Positions 26,801 through 35,934 of a stretch of 64,000 nucleotides of DNA are shown here, piece by piece (position 1 is the stretch's first letter; every line of letters starts with the position of its first letter). The notes beneath the pieces are model-generated. The model was not told the origin of the DNA. It was given only the letters and a program-made list of their open reading frames with translations, and did not search any database. The stretch comes from a virus (Duplodnaviria; Caudoviricetes), in the IMG/VR virus record IMGVR_UViG_3300037762_000184, positions 19,653 to 83,652 of that record; one strand, 5' to 3'. The position numbers were made by a program, and so were the translations under genes.

Positions 26801-27222
26801 TGATTCGCGCGCTCGCAGTTGGTGCGAGCCCTGGCAATCCTGGCTTCCAGAGGGTCGACGCGCCCCCGTCTGGCTTTCCACGCGGCGCTGAGTTGGCGGC
26901 GGACAGCCTCCCCGCCCTGCGCCTTGATGGACCTCCACTTCAGCCTCTGCGCGTCGGCCCTGCCGCGTATCTGGACACCGTTAAGCCGAAAGCGCCTCTC
27001 GATACACCTGCGGCTGAGTCCCGTTTCGTCGGCGAGCTGCTTCATGGAGGCGCCGGCCTTGTAGCGTTCGATGAGGTTGTGCAGGTTCGGGATTTCTCGT
27101 TCCGCGGACACGTCTTCGATCTCCAGTCTGTGACGGGTTGGCTTTCCGCTGGCAACATTATCACAAGCAACTGTGGCTGCGCACAGGGCATCGAAGATCC
27201 CGCGCGGGCGGAGGCGGCGTGA
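23857..27222 (+). CDS. portal protein (DUF1073-like) fused to head morphogenesis MuF domain, intein-containing
   Basis: YERGGIARKLVD, ADILSRLGRY, IPHRVLFG portal motifs; RARTIARSE and EEVN|CGC MuF motifs; single open frame; start uncertain. Confidence 0.85.
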   Translation: MRVPKTTTNGSGNGAAEPRLPTSRLRAMGSALVARARLASRAGLSFGGKRDFYTALGYERDLTIQHYRELYERGGIARKLVDLIPTLAWTAGGADIVEDPDPGELTEFETQAAELFARVDAWPRFRRADILSRLGRYSVLLLGTSDLETQADFAQPLSKLSGPDDILYLTPRAESHAKICSLVKKPSDPRFGLPEFYNVDLGHDEDSKALLSGGTQKTHWTRVVHIAGGLLDNDVYGEPALRALWNLLFNLEKLLGGGSEATWKRMNPLTLFDLSPDAVLGDTPAEIEEAEEALEDEIEELVHGYRSYAQATGLEVKSISQAVPNFGPNAAAIERHIAGTGNIPHRVLFGTERGELASAQDRSNLSDNVQGYRDSHCNVVVRQFLARLIEYGALPGPVKHELVWPEMEEMSEPEKADVVSKMATANKANVDAGGGLIVAANELRNDVLGKGPIEEIENSGVAEGGGDGGPSSAVAASLRAAKLRLCRKRGLDFGPDSPAALAGNEEPEWRAVHRAADLHMESLARAVVGAWDDGAAEIDDGALEDALAAGNFGAAETVALAGVTAAEQRLAEILPDRLLATLVDGGLAALRSARSRGSFFRRAAGFSAQFDATNPRAVTWAEERSSLLITEIGVETVSAMQALIAQGLAEGIPPRKLAQQIRAAVGLRSDQVSAVQNLITELQAAKPGSLVTRFPPREGLRGSAGFKARIPKSGITQEWLDRQAARYSTMQRNYRARTIARSETMRSANEGVRELWRQGQESGQLPADIKRVWLHNTDRHADRAGVAVGIDEPWPWGTEPGEEVNCFLPGTDVSGAFVAGLKTLYAGPAIEVATRQGHRLRLTPNHPVLTSQGWLPAKSLRKGQQLVCCLPEVDLLSSGALLGGERPASEAFSRPSPSVPRAVGRRGADDDQGPTLIEDVFEALASQGALARKGCTGLDLHGDAKWSDGEVQIVGAERELVRYLDSAASQESSELMFERAGVIRALAVGASPGNPGFQRVDAPPSGFPRGAELAADSLPALRLDGPPLQPLRVGPAAYLDTVKPKAPLDTPAAESRFVGELLHGGAGLVAFDEVVQVRDFSFRGHVFDLQSVTGWLSAGNIITSNCGCAQGIEDPARAEAA
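26272..27171 (+). mobile_element. intein (300 aa) in the MuF domain
   Basis: CFLPGT start, LTPNHPVLT block B, VFDLQS block F, TSN|C end; splicing restores GEEVNCGC. Confidence 0.9.
26317..27111 (-). CDS. HTH plus DUF559/Vsr-like endonuclease, antisense within the intein
   Basis: SPLEHELAALL...QFPLGPYNLDLAI...IAVEIE...GWSLI; N-terminal YKAGASMKQLADETGLS HTH; GGAG RBS before GTG. Confidence 0.75.
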   Translation of the reverse strand: MSAEREIPNLHNLIERYKAGASMKQLADETGLSRRCIERRFRLNGVQIRGRADAQRLKWRSIKAQGGEAVRRQLSAAWKARRGRVDPLEARIARARTNCERANHTSPLEHELAALLRRGGIKVTHQFPLGPYNLDLAIRPLRIAVEIETSTAFARQGALRRKRFEYVLNQGWSLIVVCATSPNGSRHGWTRPRERLAGGTFAPEQGSARQKINLRKAADKLLALAETLRRQPTLRSQYGVIGREAQPVTLPGGYFDSRPRIEGF

Positions 27223-28895
27223 CCACTCCCCGCTTCACCATCCTCGCCGCGCAGGTCAACCCGGCGCAGATCCATACGGCGAGAGCCGAAGACCGCGACT
27301 ACCTGGTTCTGCCGGTCGTCGCGCTGGTCGGCGACTCCGTGGTTCGTCCTCTCAACTCTGACGGTCCGGAGTTCGTGCCGCTTCGCGAGCTTGCCGTGGC
27401 TCCCGGTCAGTGGGCTGGGCGCCCGATCGTCGCCGATCATCCGGCCGGCGGAACCGGCTCCGCCAACGACCCAAAGGTGTTGGAGGCGCAGCGCTACGGC
27501 TGGGTTTACTGCTCGGATATTCAGAACGGGAAGCTCTGCGCCGAGGGCTGGCTCGACCCCGAGCGCGCCGAAAAGATCGGTGGCGATGCCGTCCGCGTCG
27601 TCGATGTCGCCCGTCGAGCGATGGCTGGCGAGGAGGTCGACCCGGTCGAGGTGTCGGTCGGCTGCTGGGTGACGCTGATCCGCGAAGACGGCGTCTCGCC
27701 CAGCGGCGTGCCCTATGAGTACCGATGGACAGGCGTCGCCAGCGATCACCTTGCCGTCGGCCTGAACGGGGCCACAGGGGCATGCAGCGTCGACTCAGGG
27801 TGCGGAGCGCCAAGAGCGGCGCAAGCCCTTGAGGCGGCCGCACTTTCCGGCGAGAACGCCACGAGCCCGCAGCCCCCGATCCAGATCAACGAACCGAAGG
27901 CGGTGCTCCGCGCTGCCGAGCAGGAGAAAAACACGATGAAGCTTCCGAAGCGAATCCTCGACGCGCTGGCCGCGACGCTGGGTTTCCGAGCCTCAGCCGA
28001 GGACGAAGGCCCATCCGATGTCGACCTCCGCGACGCCCTGTACGCAGCTCTTCGCGCCATCGAGGCGGGTTTTGACTGGATTGCGGAGGTCTATCCGGAC
28101 AGCTCGACCGTGATCTACACCACGTTTCCGGAGGACGCGATGCTCTGGTGGCGCCGGAGCTACGCCGTGGCCGAGGACGGGACGGTGACGCTCGCCGACG
28201 ACCGCGAACAGGTCGAGCCGGTGACGCGGTACGAGCCGCTCGCCGCGAAGACGGACGGCGACCCTGAGCCCGAGCAGAAGCCTACCAATCACCCCGCGAC
28301 CGCGAAGGCGGCTTGCGGATGTCCGACGAAGGGCGAAGGGCTTGCCGCCCCCGCCCCGAAACAGAGCGAAGGAGTGACCATGGAGAAGGTCAAGGAACTG
28401 GTGGGGCGGCTGATCGCCAACGAGGCGAGCCCCTTCACTGACGAGGACCAGGCGGGGCTGGAGGCGCTCAGCGAGGCGAAGCTGGAGGCTCTCGACGCAG
28501 CGCTCCAGCCGGGCGAGTCCGCACCCGAGCCGGAGCCGGCACCCGCGCCGACGCCGGTGGCCGAAGAGCCGGCCGACGACGACGACACCGTCAAGCTCTC
28601 GCGAGAGGAGTACGACGACATCAAGGCGTCCGCCGCAGCCTACAAGGCGCAGCAGGCCGCGATGAAGGCGAAGCTCGTGGCCCAGCTCAAGGGCGCGCAG
28701 GACGCCTACAGCGAGGCCGAACTGGCGGCGATGCCCATCTTCGCGCTGGAGAAGGTCGCCAAGCTGGCGAAGGTCGAGCCGGCGCCTCAGCCGAGCTATG
28801 CCGGGCGTGGTCTGGCGAGCGACGAAACCGACAACCGCGTCCCGCCGCCGCCCGACTTCGGCGAGGCCGTCCGCGCTCTCCGTAGCGTGGCGTAA
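27219..28895 (+). CDS. prohead protease/scaffold (DUF2213-like)
   Basis: EVSVG, DHLAV...GACS..GCG motifs; acidic scaffold C-terminus; before the capsid genes. Confidence 0.85.
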   Translation: MTTPRFTILAAQVNPAQIHTARAEDRDYLVLPVVALVGDSVVRPLNSDGPEFVPLRELAVAPGQWAGRPIVADHPAGGTGSANDPKVLEAQRYGWVYCSDIQNGKLCAEGWLDPERAEKIGGDAVRVVDVARRAMAGEEVDPVEVSVGCWVTLIREDGVSPSGVPYEYRWTGVASDHLAVGLNGATGACSVDSGCGAPRAAQALEAAALSGENATSPQPPIQINEPKAVLRAAEQEKNTMKLPKRILDALAATLGFRASAEDEGPSDVDLRDALYAALRAIEAGFDWIAEVYPDSSTVIYTTFPEDAMLWWRRSYAVAEDGTVTLADDREQVEPVTRYEPLAAKTDGDPEPEQKPTNHPATAKAACGCPTKGEGLAAPAPKQSEGVTMEKVKELVGRLIANEASPFTDEDQAGLEALSEAKLEALDAALQPGESAPEPEPAPAPTPVAEEPADDDDTVKLSREEYDDIKASAAAYKAQQAAMKAKLVAQLKGAQDAYSEAELAAMPIFALEKVAKLAKVEPAPQPSYAGRGLASDETDNRVPPPPDFGEAVRALRSVA

Positions 28896-28910
28896 GGGAG
28901 GACACAGAAC

Positions 28911-29321
28911 ATGGCAAGCAAGGTCATCGCACTGCGGGGCGAGCCGATCATCGACGAGCAGCACACGGCGTCGGAAGCGATCACCCCGGGACACCTGATC
29001 GAACTCAACGCCGGGCAGTGGCGCAAGCACGCCGGTTCCGGTGCCGCGGCTGCGGCCGTCTTCGCGATGGAACGCGACGAGATCGGCAATGGCATCGACG
29101 TCGCCTACGCCGCCGGCGATCACGTCAAGGCCGGTTACTTCGCGAAGGGCGACCGCGTGAACGCTCTCATCCCCTCCGGTCAGGACGTCGACGACGGCGC
29201 CGAGATCGAGTCAGATGGCGCCGGACGTCTCAAGGCCGGAACCACGAAGCCAGTGGCCCGCGCAGCAGCCGACAGCGGCGCCGTCACCGCCGACACCCGT
29301 CTCCCGGTGATCATCGTCTAG
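28911..29321 (+). CDS. head decoration/cement protein
   Basis: ASEAITPGHLIE; position before the MCP. Confidence 0.7.
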   Translation: MASKVIALRGEPIIDEQHTASEAITPGHLIELNAGQWRKHAGSGAAAAAVFAMERDEIGNGIDVAYAAGDHVKAGYFAKGDRVNALIPSGQDVDDGAEIESDGAGRLKAGTTKPVARAAADSGAVTADTRLPVIIV

Positions 29322-29352
29322 GCGCCCGCCTAGCCAAGGAAAGGAAACAGAA

Positions 29353-30375
29353 ATGGCAAACGAACAGGGCGGCGCCCGGGTCGATACCGGCAAGACCGTA
29401 TTCAAGTCCGCTGGGCGGTGGGCGGGTGAGCGACTGCTCGCCGCGCACCAGGCCGGCCGATCGATCAGCCCCAGCGAGCTTCGTACGCTCGCCACTCTCC
29501 CGCGCGACTCGTGGAAGGCCATCGACGAGGCCGTGGTCCGTGAAGGCGTCATCCGGGCGCCACTGGTCGGCGATTTGATCGCGGCCGGCCTCACCATCCC
29601 GATCGCGAACGCGATGGGACGGACGATGTTCAGCTTCGAGCTGACGAGCGACATGGACCCGGCCGTGGTTTCGCTCGACGGTCGGGCACGCGGCGACAAC
29701 GACGCAGTCGACTTCATCGAGGGCAACGTCCCCCTGCCGCTGACGCACAAGGATTTCAACATCCCGCTGCGTAAGCTGGAGGCGTCGCGTCTCGGCGGCC
29801 AGCCGCTCGACACGACGCAGGCAGAAACCGCGTCCCGCCTCGTCATGGAGAAGGTCGAGGAGATGACGATCGTCGGCGGTCCGACCTTCGGCGGTGTGCC
29901 GATCTACGGGCTGCTGAACCATCCCAGCCGGAGCAGCGGCGACTTCGGCGCCAACGGCAACTGGCTCCAGACCGCGAAGACCGGGGCGAACATCTTCAAG
30001 GATGTTTCAACGGCGATCTCGGCGCTCCGTGCGTCCCGACGCTACGGTCCTTACTGGATGATCATCCCGGGCGACTACGGCGCTGTCATCGACGACGACT
30101 ACAAGGCGCAGGGCGACCGTACGATCCGGGATCGGCTGCTCCAGATCGAGGGCATGACGAAGATCCTGGTGTCCGACCAGATGCCGGCGAACAACGTCGT
30201 GATCTTCGAAGCCAGCAAGGAGGTGGTCGCCATCGCGAACGGCGAGCAGGTGCAGACCGTTCAGTGGGAGATCGAGGCGTTCGAGGTCGGCATGAAGGTG
30301 TTCGCTATCCAGGTGCCGGTCATCCGCGCGACGCACGCCGGCCGCAGCGGCATCTATCACATGGTGGCGCCGTAA
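29353..30375 (+). CDS. major capsid protein (HK97 fold, encapsulin/linocin-like)
   Basis: WKAIDEAVV, PLPLTHKDF, IYGLLNHP, RRYGPY; 340 aa; synteny. Confidence 0.9.
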   Translation: MANEQGGARVDTGKTVFKSAGRWAGERLLAAHQAGRSISPSELRTLATLPRDSWKAIDEAVVREGVIRAPLVGDLIAAGLTIPIANAMGRTMFSFELTSDMDPAVVSLDGRARGDNDAVDFIEGNVPLPLTHKDFNIPLRKLEASRLGGQPLDTTQAETASRLVMEKVEEMTIVGGPTFGGVPIYGLLNHPSRSSGDFGANGNWLQTAKTGANIFKDVSTAISALRASRRYGPYWMIIPGDYGAVIDDDYKAQGDRTIRDRLLQIEGMTKILVSDQMPANNVVIFEASKEVVAIANGEQVQTVQWEIEAFEVGMKVFAIQVPVIRATHAGRSGIYHMVAP

Positions 30376-30404
30376 CCCGGCGCTTTTGGATAGGGGGGGG
30401 TCTG

Positions 30405-30791
30405 ATGCCGAGGTATCGACTCAAGCCGGGATTTCAGCACTACTCGGGTGGCGCGCTGCTGGCGGAAGGCAGCATCGTCGAGATGAGCCCGGAGGGCGCT
30501 GCGGCGCTGTCGGATCGATTCGAGTTGGTCAGCGGCGGTGCGCCACCGCCTCCCGAACCGGAGACGGTGTTCCGCACGATGCCGGCGGCACCCGCTGCGC
30601 CGCCGGTTACGTCGCCGGCCGGGGAGCCGCTGGGAGACCTTCATTGGGCGAAGGCGGCCGCTCAGGTGTCTTCGCTCGATTCCGTGGCCGCTCTCGACGC
30701 CGCGGAAGCGGAAGAGAGGGCCGGCAAGGCGCGCAAGGGGGTGCTGGATGCCATCGAAGCGCGCCGGGCGGAGTTGGAGGCCGGCGAGTAG
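30405..30791 (+). CDS. head-associated hypothetical protein
   Basis: C-terminal E..GKARKGVLDAIEAR motif typical of post-MCP genes. Confidence 0.7.
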   Translation: MPRYRLKPGFQHYSGGALLAEGSIVEMSPEGAAALSDRFELVSGGAPPPPEPETVFRTMPAAPAAPPVTSPAGEPLGDLHWAKAAAQVSSLDSVAALDAAEAEERAGKARKGVLDAIEARRAELEAGE

Positions 30792-30794
30792 AGC

Positions 30795-31370
30795 ATGAGC
30801 GTCGTCATTGTCCATGAGGCGGGATCGCCCACGGCGAATTCCTACAATAGCGAGGCGGGGCTGGCAGCCTATATGGCGACCCGTCTCCCTTTGGTCCCGC
30901 CGTGGTCCGCTGCCGCCGATCCGACGGCAGTCATGGTGATGGCGACGCGCCTGCTCGATTCGATGGCGGTGGCGCGCAGGGTGTTGCGCTTCGACCGAGC
31001 CGCGCCCTACTACGTGACGAGTAGGTCGCTGACCGGGACTATAGCGACCGATACTCAGGCGCTCGCTTTCCCGCGGGTTGGGATGTACGACCGCCTTGGC
31101 CGTCTGATCCCCAGCAACGTTATTCCCGTCGAGCTCAGGGAGGCCCATGCAGAGCTTTCGGGCCAACTACTCGCTGCCGATCGCACGCTCGACAACGCCG
31201 CCGATGCAGCCGGCATTGAGGCTGTAAAGGCCGGCAGCGTCGAGGTGAAATTCCGCGCCTACATCGAAGCTCGCGTGCTCCCGGATGCGGTTTGGGCGCT
31301 GATGCCGGACAGTTGGTTCACGCCGGAAATCTACTCACCAGCTCGCCAGGCGACGTTCAGGGCGCTATGA
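30795..31370 (+). CDS. head-tail adaptor (DnaT-like)
   Basis: ANSY, QALAFPR, IPVELREAHAEL, KAGSVEVKF. Confidence 0.75.
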   Translation: MSVVIVHEAGSPTANSYNSEAGLAAYMATRLPLVPPWSAAADPTAVMVMATRLLDSMAVARRVLRFDRAAPYYVTSRSLTGTIATDTQALAFPRVGMYDRLGRLIPSNVIPVELREAHAELSGQLLAADRTLDNAADAAGIEAVKAGSVEVKFRAYIEARVLPDAVWALMPDSWFTPEIYSPARQATFRAL

Positions 31371-32101
31371 GAAACGGAGTCGCAGTGTACGCGCTATGCG
31401 AGCCGGTGACCGGTGAAGTCCGCTACATCGGATACAGCCAAGACCCCGCAGAGCGGCACGGGAAACACCTCCGTGACAGATCGAAGACTTACAAGTGCCA
31501 CTGGATTAAAAAGCTGCTGCGCAGCGGGTTAGCTCCACAGTTGAGGGTCATGTGTGTTGTGGAGGACGCAGCAGAGGCGAAGAGGGTTGAGGTGGCACTG
31601 ATCGCCATGCATCGGCGGCGCGGGGCGAGGCTGACTAACGGCACGTCTGGCGGCGATGGGTTGGTCGAACCAACGGCGGAAGTTCGCGCGAAGATGAGCG
31701 CGGCCCAGATGGGAAATTCGAAGTGCTTGGGATTTAAGCACTCAGAGGAAACCAGGGCCAAGCTGCGCGGGAACCAGAACGCCGCTGGACATGTCCACAC
31801 TGGGGAGTGGAAGGCTCGCATCAGCGCCAAACTCAAAGGTCGCGGGTTGGGCGTCAAGGCCTCGGACGAGACCAGGAGGAAGCTGAGCGAGTCGCATCTC
31901 GGAAAAATCCCCTGGAACAAAGGGAAGCTGGGAACGCTCGGCGCTCCATGCGCTCCCGACTGCACCTGTGGCCGGCACCGCGTTGCCTGGAACAAAGGCA
32001 TGAAGCGGAGCGGAACCCCGTGCCCGCCCGGGTGCTCCTGTGGCAAGCATAAGGATGCCTGGAACAAAGGGCACCGAGGAGGGGTGAAATGTCCCTCTTG
32101 A
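31367..32101 (+). mobile_element. GIY-YIG homing endonuclease with NUMOD3 repeats
   Basis: VYAL...RYIG...R..H; HSEETRAKL, ETRRKLSESH, PWNKG repeats. Confidence 0.85.
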
Positions 32102-32472
32102 ATGTCGTGCGCTCGGCAGTGAAAACGGCTGATCTTGCGACTCGACCCTTGCAGGCCACGGTCTCCTACCAGCGGTACACCGGACAGGATGCATTTGGTG
32201 ACCCCTCCTTCGCCGCGTCCGTCTCGCTGCTGGCGATCGTGGACTGGCGCGCGCGGCAGCGCCGCACAGCAACGGGCGTGTTGACCGTCAGCCGGGCGAT
32301 GGTCACCTTTCTGGACGCTTCTGCGCTGGCCGCCGCAACCGCCGGCAACGGTATCGACGACAAGGACGTGCTGACGCTTCCCGATGGGACCACCGGCCCG
32401 ATTTTGGACCTCGGCGGCTTCGTGGACGCGGGGACCGGGCTGCCGATCGCCACTGAGGCGTTCCTAGGCTAA
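32089..32472 (+). CDS. head closure/joining protein
   Basis: YTGQDAFGDPSF; DVLTLPDG; synteny. Confidence 0.7.
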   Translation: MSLLNVVRSAVKTADLATRPLQATVSYQRYTGQDAFGDPSFAASVSLLAIVDWRARQRRTATGVLTVSRAMVTFLDASALAAATAGNGIDDKDVLTLPDGTTGPILDLGGFVDAGTGLPIATEAFLG

Positions 32473-32479
32473 CTCTAAA

Positions 32480-33232
32480 ATGCTGCCACCTAACACTGCC
32501 GCCGTCGAGAAAGCCAAGTATCAGCACGCGCGGGCCGAGGCGCGGCCGGCGGTCCTGATGTCGGCATGGAGGGCGGAACGGTGGATTCTTGCCGCTGTTG
32601 CCTCCGTGCGCCGTCAGGCGGTGCCCGTGGACCTCAGGGTCGGTGTGGACGGGTGTGAGCGCACTGCGGAGGCTCTGCGGGCCGCGGGTGAGCCGTTCTA
32701 CTGGAGCCCCGAGAACGTCGGCCCCTACCTCGTCCGCAACTCTCTGGCGGCTGTCGCGCCGGCTTCGCACTTCCTCATCTTCGACGCCGACGACGTGATG
32801 GACCCGGACTACGTCCAGCGCCTGACCGAGGTGGCGGGTGACGACGGACTCGCCGGGTGCGGTCGCCGGCTGTGGCGCGACGAAGACGGGCCGATCCCTG
32901 CCGATCCCTCTGGCCTACGTACCGCGCCCTTCGACACCGGGCGGCCGACGATCTCGGCTGCGGCATGGAAGCGCCTCGGCGGCTTCGGGGACTATCGGGT
33001 CAGCGGTGACACGGACCTGTGGTGGAGGGCTCGTGACATGGGCCTGCCGCTGCGGGTGCTCAAGAGTGCTCACCTGACGGCGAGGCTACACCCCGGCTCG
33101 CAGATGGCCGACCCGGAGACGTGCCTGACCTCCCCGCTGCGATCGGCTGCCTTCGCGGAGATCTTCGAGGGCCTCGTCGCTGGCCGGCTGGTGGTCGAGC
33201 CGGCGACTGTCCCGCTCGAGGAGGCGGCATGA
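32480..33232 (+). CDS. glycosyltransferase family 2
   Basis: GPYLVRN, FLIFDADD, GGF...SGDTDLWWR. Confidence 0.85.
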   Translation: MLPPNTAAVEKAKYQHARAEARPAVLMSAWRAERWILAAVASVRRQAVPVDLRVGVDGCERTAEALRAAGEPFYWSPENVGPYLVRNSLAAVAPASHFLIFDADDVMDPDYVQRLTEVAGDDGLAGCGRRLWRDEDGPIPADPSGLRTAPFDTGRPTISAAAWKRLGGFGDYRVSGDTDLWWRARDMGLPLRVLKSAHLTARLHPGSQMADPETCLTSPLRSAAFAEIFEGLVAGRLVVEPATVPLEEAA

Positions 33233-33969
33233 GTGCGCTCGTCGACTCCCTGGTCGCCTGTGGCTACGCAGGGCCGGTGCGCCTGTTCGCCGAGCGGGAA
33301 GCCTCGCAAGTTCTGGAGGCATGTCGCGCTCCGCATCCGCCGTGCTGGTTCAAGGGTCTGGCAACGGTGAGCCCGGCAGCGGCGGCAGTCGCTACGGCGC
33401 CGGCGGTCGTGGACTTGCTGCGCGAAGCTCTCGGCGATGACGTGATCCTCTGGGGCGCCCACCTCCTGAGCCGTGGCCCCGGAGACGTACACCCCTGGCA
33501 CACGGACATGGAAACGGCCGACCCGACCGGGCGCACGGTCAGCGTCTGGGTCGCGATGGAAGGCGGCGGTGACGGTTCCGGGATGCGCTTCGTCGCCGGC
33601 TCTCACCGCCTTGGCGTCTCGGTCCAACAGGCGCGCTCAGAGGCCGGCGTCTCGCGATCCGGCGCGACGGATGACGTGATTCTACGACTGGCACGGGGAC
33701 GCGCCCCTGCGGCTGATATCGGCGAAGTCTGCGCCACTGACGGCGAGGCGGTGCTGTTCGACGGCCGGACGTGGCATGCCAGCCGGAACGACACCGGCGC
33801 CACCCGCACCGCCCTGATCCTCCAGTACGCAGCGGCCGACTGCCCGATGCGTAAGGCCGACCTCGGTCATCTGGAGTGGCCGTTCCGTTACCGCGGGCCG
33901 GCTCCGTGCCTACTCATCAGCGGCTCGGCACCCGTAGGCGTCAACACGATCGGCGAGGCTCCGCGATGA
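33229..33969 (+). CDS. 2OG-Fe(II) dioxygenase (PhyH-like)
   Basis: WHTD...VSVWVAM...MRFVAGSH...WHASRN..R. Confidence 0.85.
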   Translation: MSALVDSLVACGYAGPVRLFAEREASQVLEACRAPHPPCWFKGLATVSPAAAAVATAPAVVDLLREALGDDVILWGAHLLSRGPGDVHPWHTDMETADPTGRTVSVWVAMEGGGDGSGMRFVAGSHRLGVSVQQARSEAGVSRSGATDDVILRLARGRAPAADIGEVCATDGEAVLFDGRTWHASRNDTGATRTALILQYAAADCPMRKADLGHLEWPFRYRGPAPCLLISGSAPVGVNTIGEAPR

Positions 33970-34664
33970 CGGGCGTCTACCCCTTCGCAGCGAACCTGTC
34001 GGCCGGCCAGACGAAGGCTTGGGTGCCGCACTTCCTGCTCGATCGCGAGACGGCGACGTGCGAGCGCCTGTCGGTCCACGTCTCGGGTCTGCTATCCGGC
34101 AAGTGTCCGCACAAGCCGCACGTCCACCAGGAAGAGGAGTTCCTGATCGTCATCAAGGGTCAGGCAAGCTTGGTGATCGCGGACGGGCCTACCGAGGACG
34201 GGTCGAGAGTCGAGAGGGTCACTGCCGGAGGGGGCGTCTACTACCCACCGACGCAGTACCACACCATCCGCAATGACAGTGCGGAGCCGATCGAGTACCT
34301 GATGGTCAAGTGGGTCGGCCGGGGATCATCCGAGGGCGAGGCGCGGACGACGCAGTTTTTCCGCTACTCGGATCGCCGCGATTCAACAGGGTTCACGCCG
34401 CTCTGCGCTCTCGATGGACCGGCGCTGCGGCTCCAGCGGATGCACACCCACCTGACGCTGCTCGGGATCGGCAAAGGCTACGCGCCGCATGCGGACCCCT
34501 ACGACGTGGCGCTCGTTATCTTGGAGGGGACCGTCGAGACGCTGGGTCAGATGGTCGAGGCACCGGCGCTCGTCTGGTACGACCAAGGCGACCCGCACGG
34601 GATCAAGAACGTCGGCTCCGAGGTGGCCCGCTACGTCGTCTTCGAGTTGGAGGCGGCGGCATGA
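33966..34664 (+). CDS. double cupin protein
   Basis: PHVHQEEE...YHTIRN; second cupin PHAD...HGIKN. Confidence 0.8.
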   Translation: MTGVYPFAANLSAGQTKAWVPHFLLDRETATCERLSVHVSGLLSGKCPHKPHVHQEEEFLIVIKGQASLVIADGPTEDGSRVERVTAGGGVYYPPTQYHTIRNDSAEPIEYLMVKWVGRGSSEGEARTTQFFRYSDRRDSTGFTPLCALDGPALRLQRMHTHLTLLGIGKGYAPHADPYDVALVILEGTVETLGQMVEAPALVWYDQGDPHGIKNVGSEVARYVVFELEAAA

Positions 34665-35194
34665 GAGACCACCTCGCGACGACCGACGTCGAGCTCGAAT
34701 GGGTCGCCGAGCGTGCGGCAGGCTGCCGCTACGTGGTCGAGGTCGGCGTCTGGCTCGGCCGCTCGCTCAAGGTCTGGGCCGACAACATGCGCGGAGACGG
34801 AGTGGCGATCGGCGTCGACGCTTGGAATCCGGAGGTCGTCGGCACGCCGTCGATGCGCGACAATCTGCTACGGGTCGGCCCAGAGGAAGCTCTGCGCCGG
34901 TGTCGGGAGACTCTGGCCGACCACATCTCCGCGGGTCACGTCCAGCTCGTGCGCCTGCCGGCCGTCGAAGCTGCTGCCAAGCTCCACCCTGGCGCCGATC
35001 TCGTCTACCTCGACGCGGCGACAGAGGAGGGCGAGACGGCGCGACAACTCGCCGCCTACGAAGCGCTAGTCAAGCCGGGTGGGCTGATCTCCGGCCACCA
35101 TTACCTCCGGCGTCCCGGCGCACGCGCCGCGATCGACGCCCGCTACGGCGCCCGCGTCCAGAGCGACGGTCAAATCTGGTGGGTGGCGCTGTGA
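34661..35194 (+). CDS. class I SAM methyltransferase (Methyltransf_24-like)
   Basis: VEVGVWLGRS, GVDAW, DLVYLDA, LVKPGGLISGHHY. Confidence 0.85.
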   Translation: MRDHLATTDVELEWVAERAAGCRYVVEVGVWLGRSLKVWADNMRGDGVAIGVDAWNPEVVGTPSMRDNLLRVGPEEALRRCRETLADHISAGHVQLVRLPAVEAAAKLHPGADLVYLDAATEEGETARQLAAYEALVKPGGLISGHHYLRRPGARAAIDARYGARVQSDGQIWWVAL

Positions 35195-35934
35195 AGCTCT
35201 CCGCCGCGATCATCACCGTGGACCGGGAGGGCACCAACTTCCTCGGTCAGACGCTCCGCAACCTGGAGCGGTCGGGATGGTTCAGGTCGCCGGAGGTCGC
35301 GGCTCTCTGGGTGGTCGACTCCGGCTCTCCCAAGGGCTACGTCGAGCAAGAGGCGGGGGAGTTGGTGAGCCGCTGCCGGGTCGACATCCCGGAGGAGCAG
35401 CGGACGCTTAACGGCAACGCCTGTCGAGCGCTCCAACTGGCTGCTGCCGAGGACGCCGACTTCGTCCTGATGATGCAGGACGACATCGACGTGTGCGACG
35501 ACTTCGCCGGCAGCGTCTGCCGCTGGCTGGTCGAGCACCACGACGAGGCGCATCTCCTCTATTCGTTCGGCACGACGTGGCCGGCGATCCAGGCCGCTGC
35601 CGCCGCCGGGTGGACCTCGGCGCCATACCCAATCGCTCAGTTCTACGGGACGCAGTGCTACGCGCTGTCGATCACGCGGGCTCGTCATTTGGCTGAGTGG
35701 TTCGAGCGGTCCTGGCCGCTGCTCTCGCTCGATCATCACGGGCGGAACGTTTACGACGACATCCTGCTTCACCGGTGGGCGGCTGAGACGGACCCGGATG
35801 CGACGCACTTTCTCGCCTCTGCGCCGAGCTTCGCTCAGCATGTCGGGACGGTGTCTTCGATTAGGAGCAAGCTCTTCACCTTCCCGAGCTGGCCGGGTCG
35901 CGAGTGGAGCTACGGCGAGCGGAGGGCTGCGTGA
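35191..35934 (+). CDS. putative glycosyltransferase (GT-A fold)
   Basis: LMMQDDIDVC, YGTQCY, SFAQHVG. Confidence 0.7.
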   Translation: MKLSAAIITVDREGTNFLGQTLRNLERSGWFRSPEVAALWVVDSGSPKGYVEQEAGELVSRCRVDIPEEQRTLNGNACRALQLAAAEDADFVLMMQDDIDVCDDFAGSVCRWLVEHHDEAHLLYSFGTTWPAIQAAAAAGWTSAPYPIAQFYGTQCYALSITRARHLAEWFERSWPLLSLDHHGRNVYDDILLHRWAAETDPDATHFLASAPSFAQHVGTVSSIRSKLFTFPSWPGREWSYGERRAA

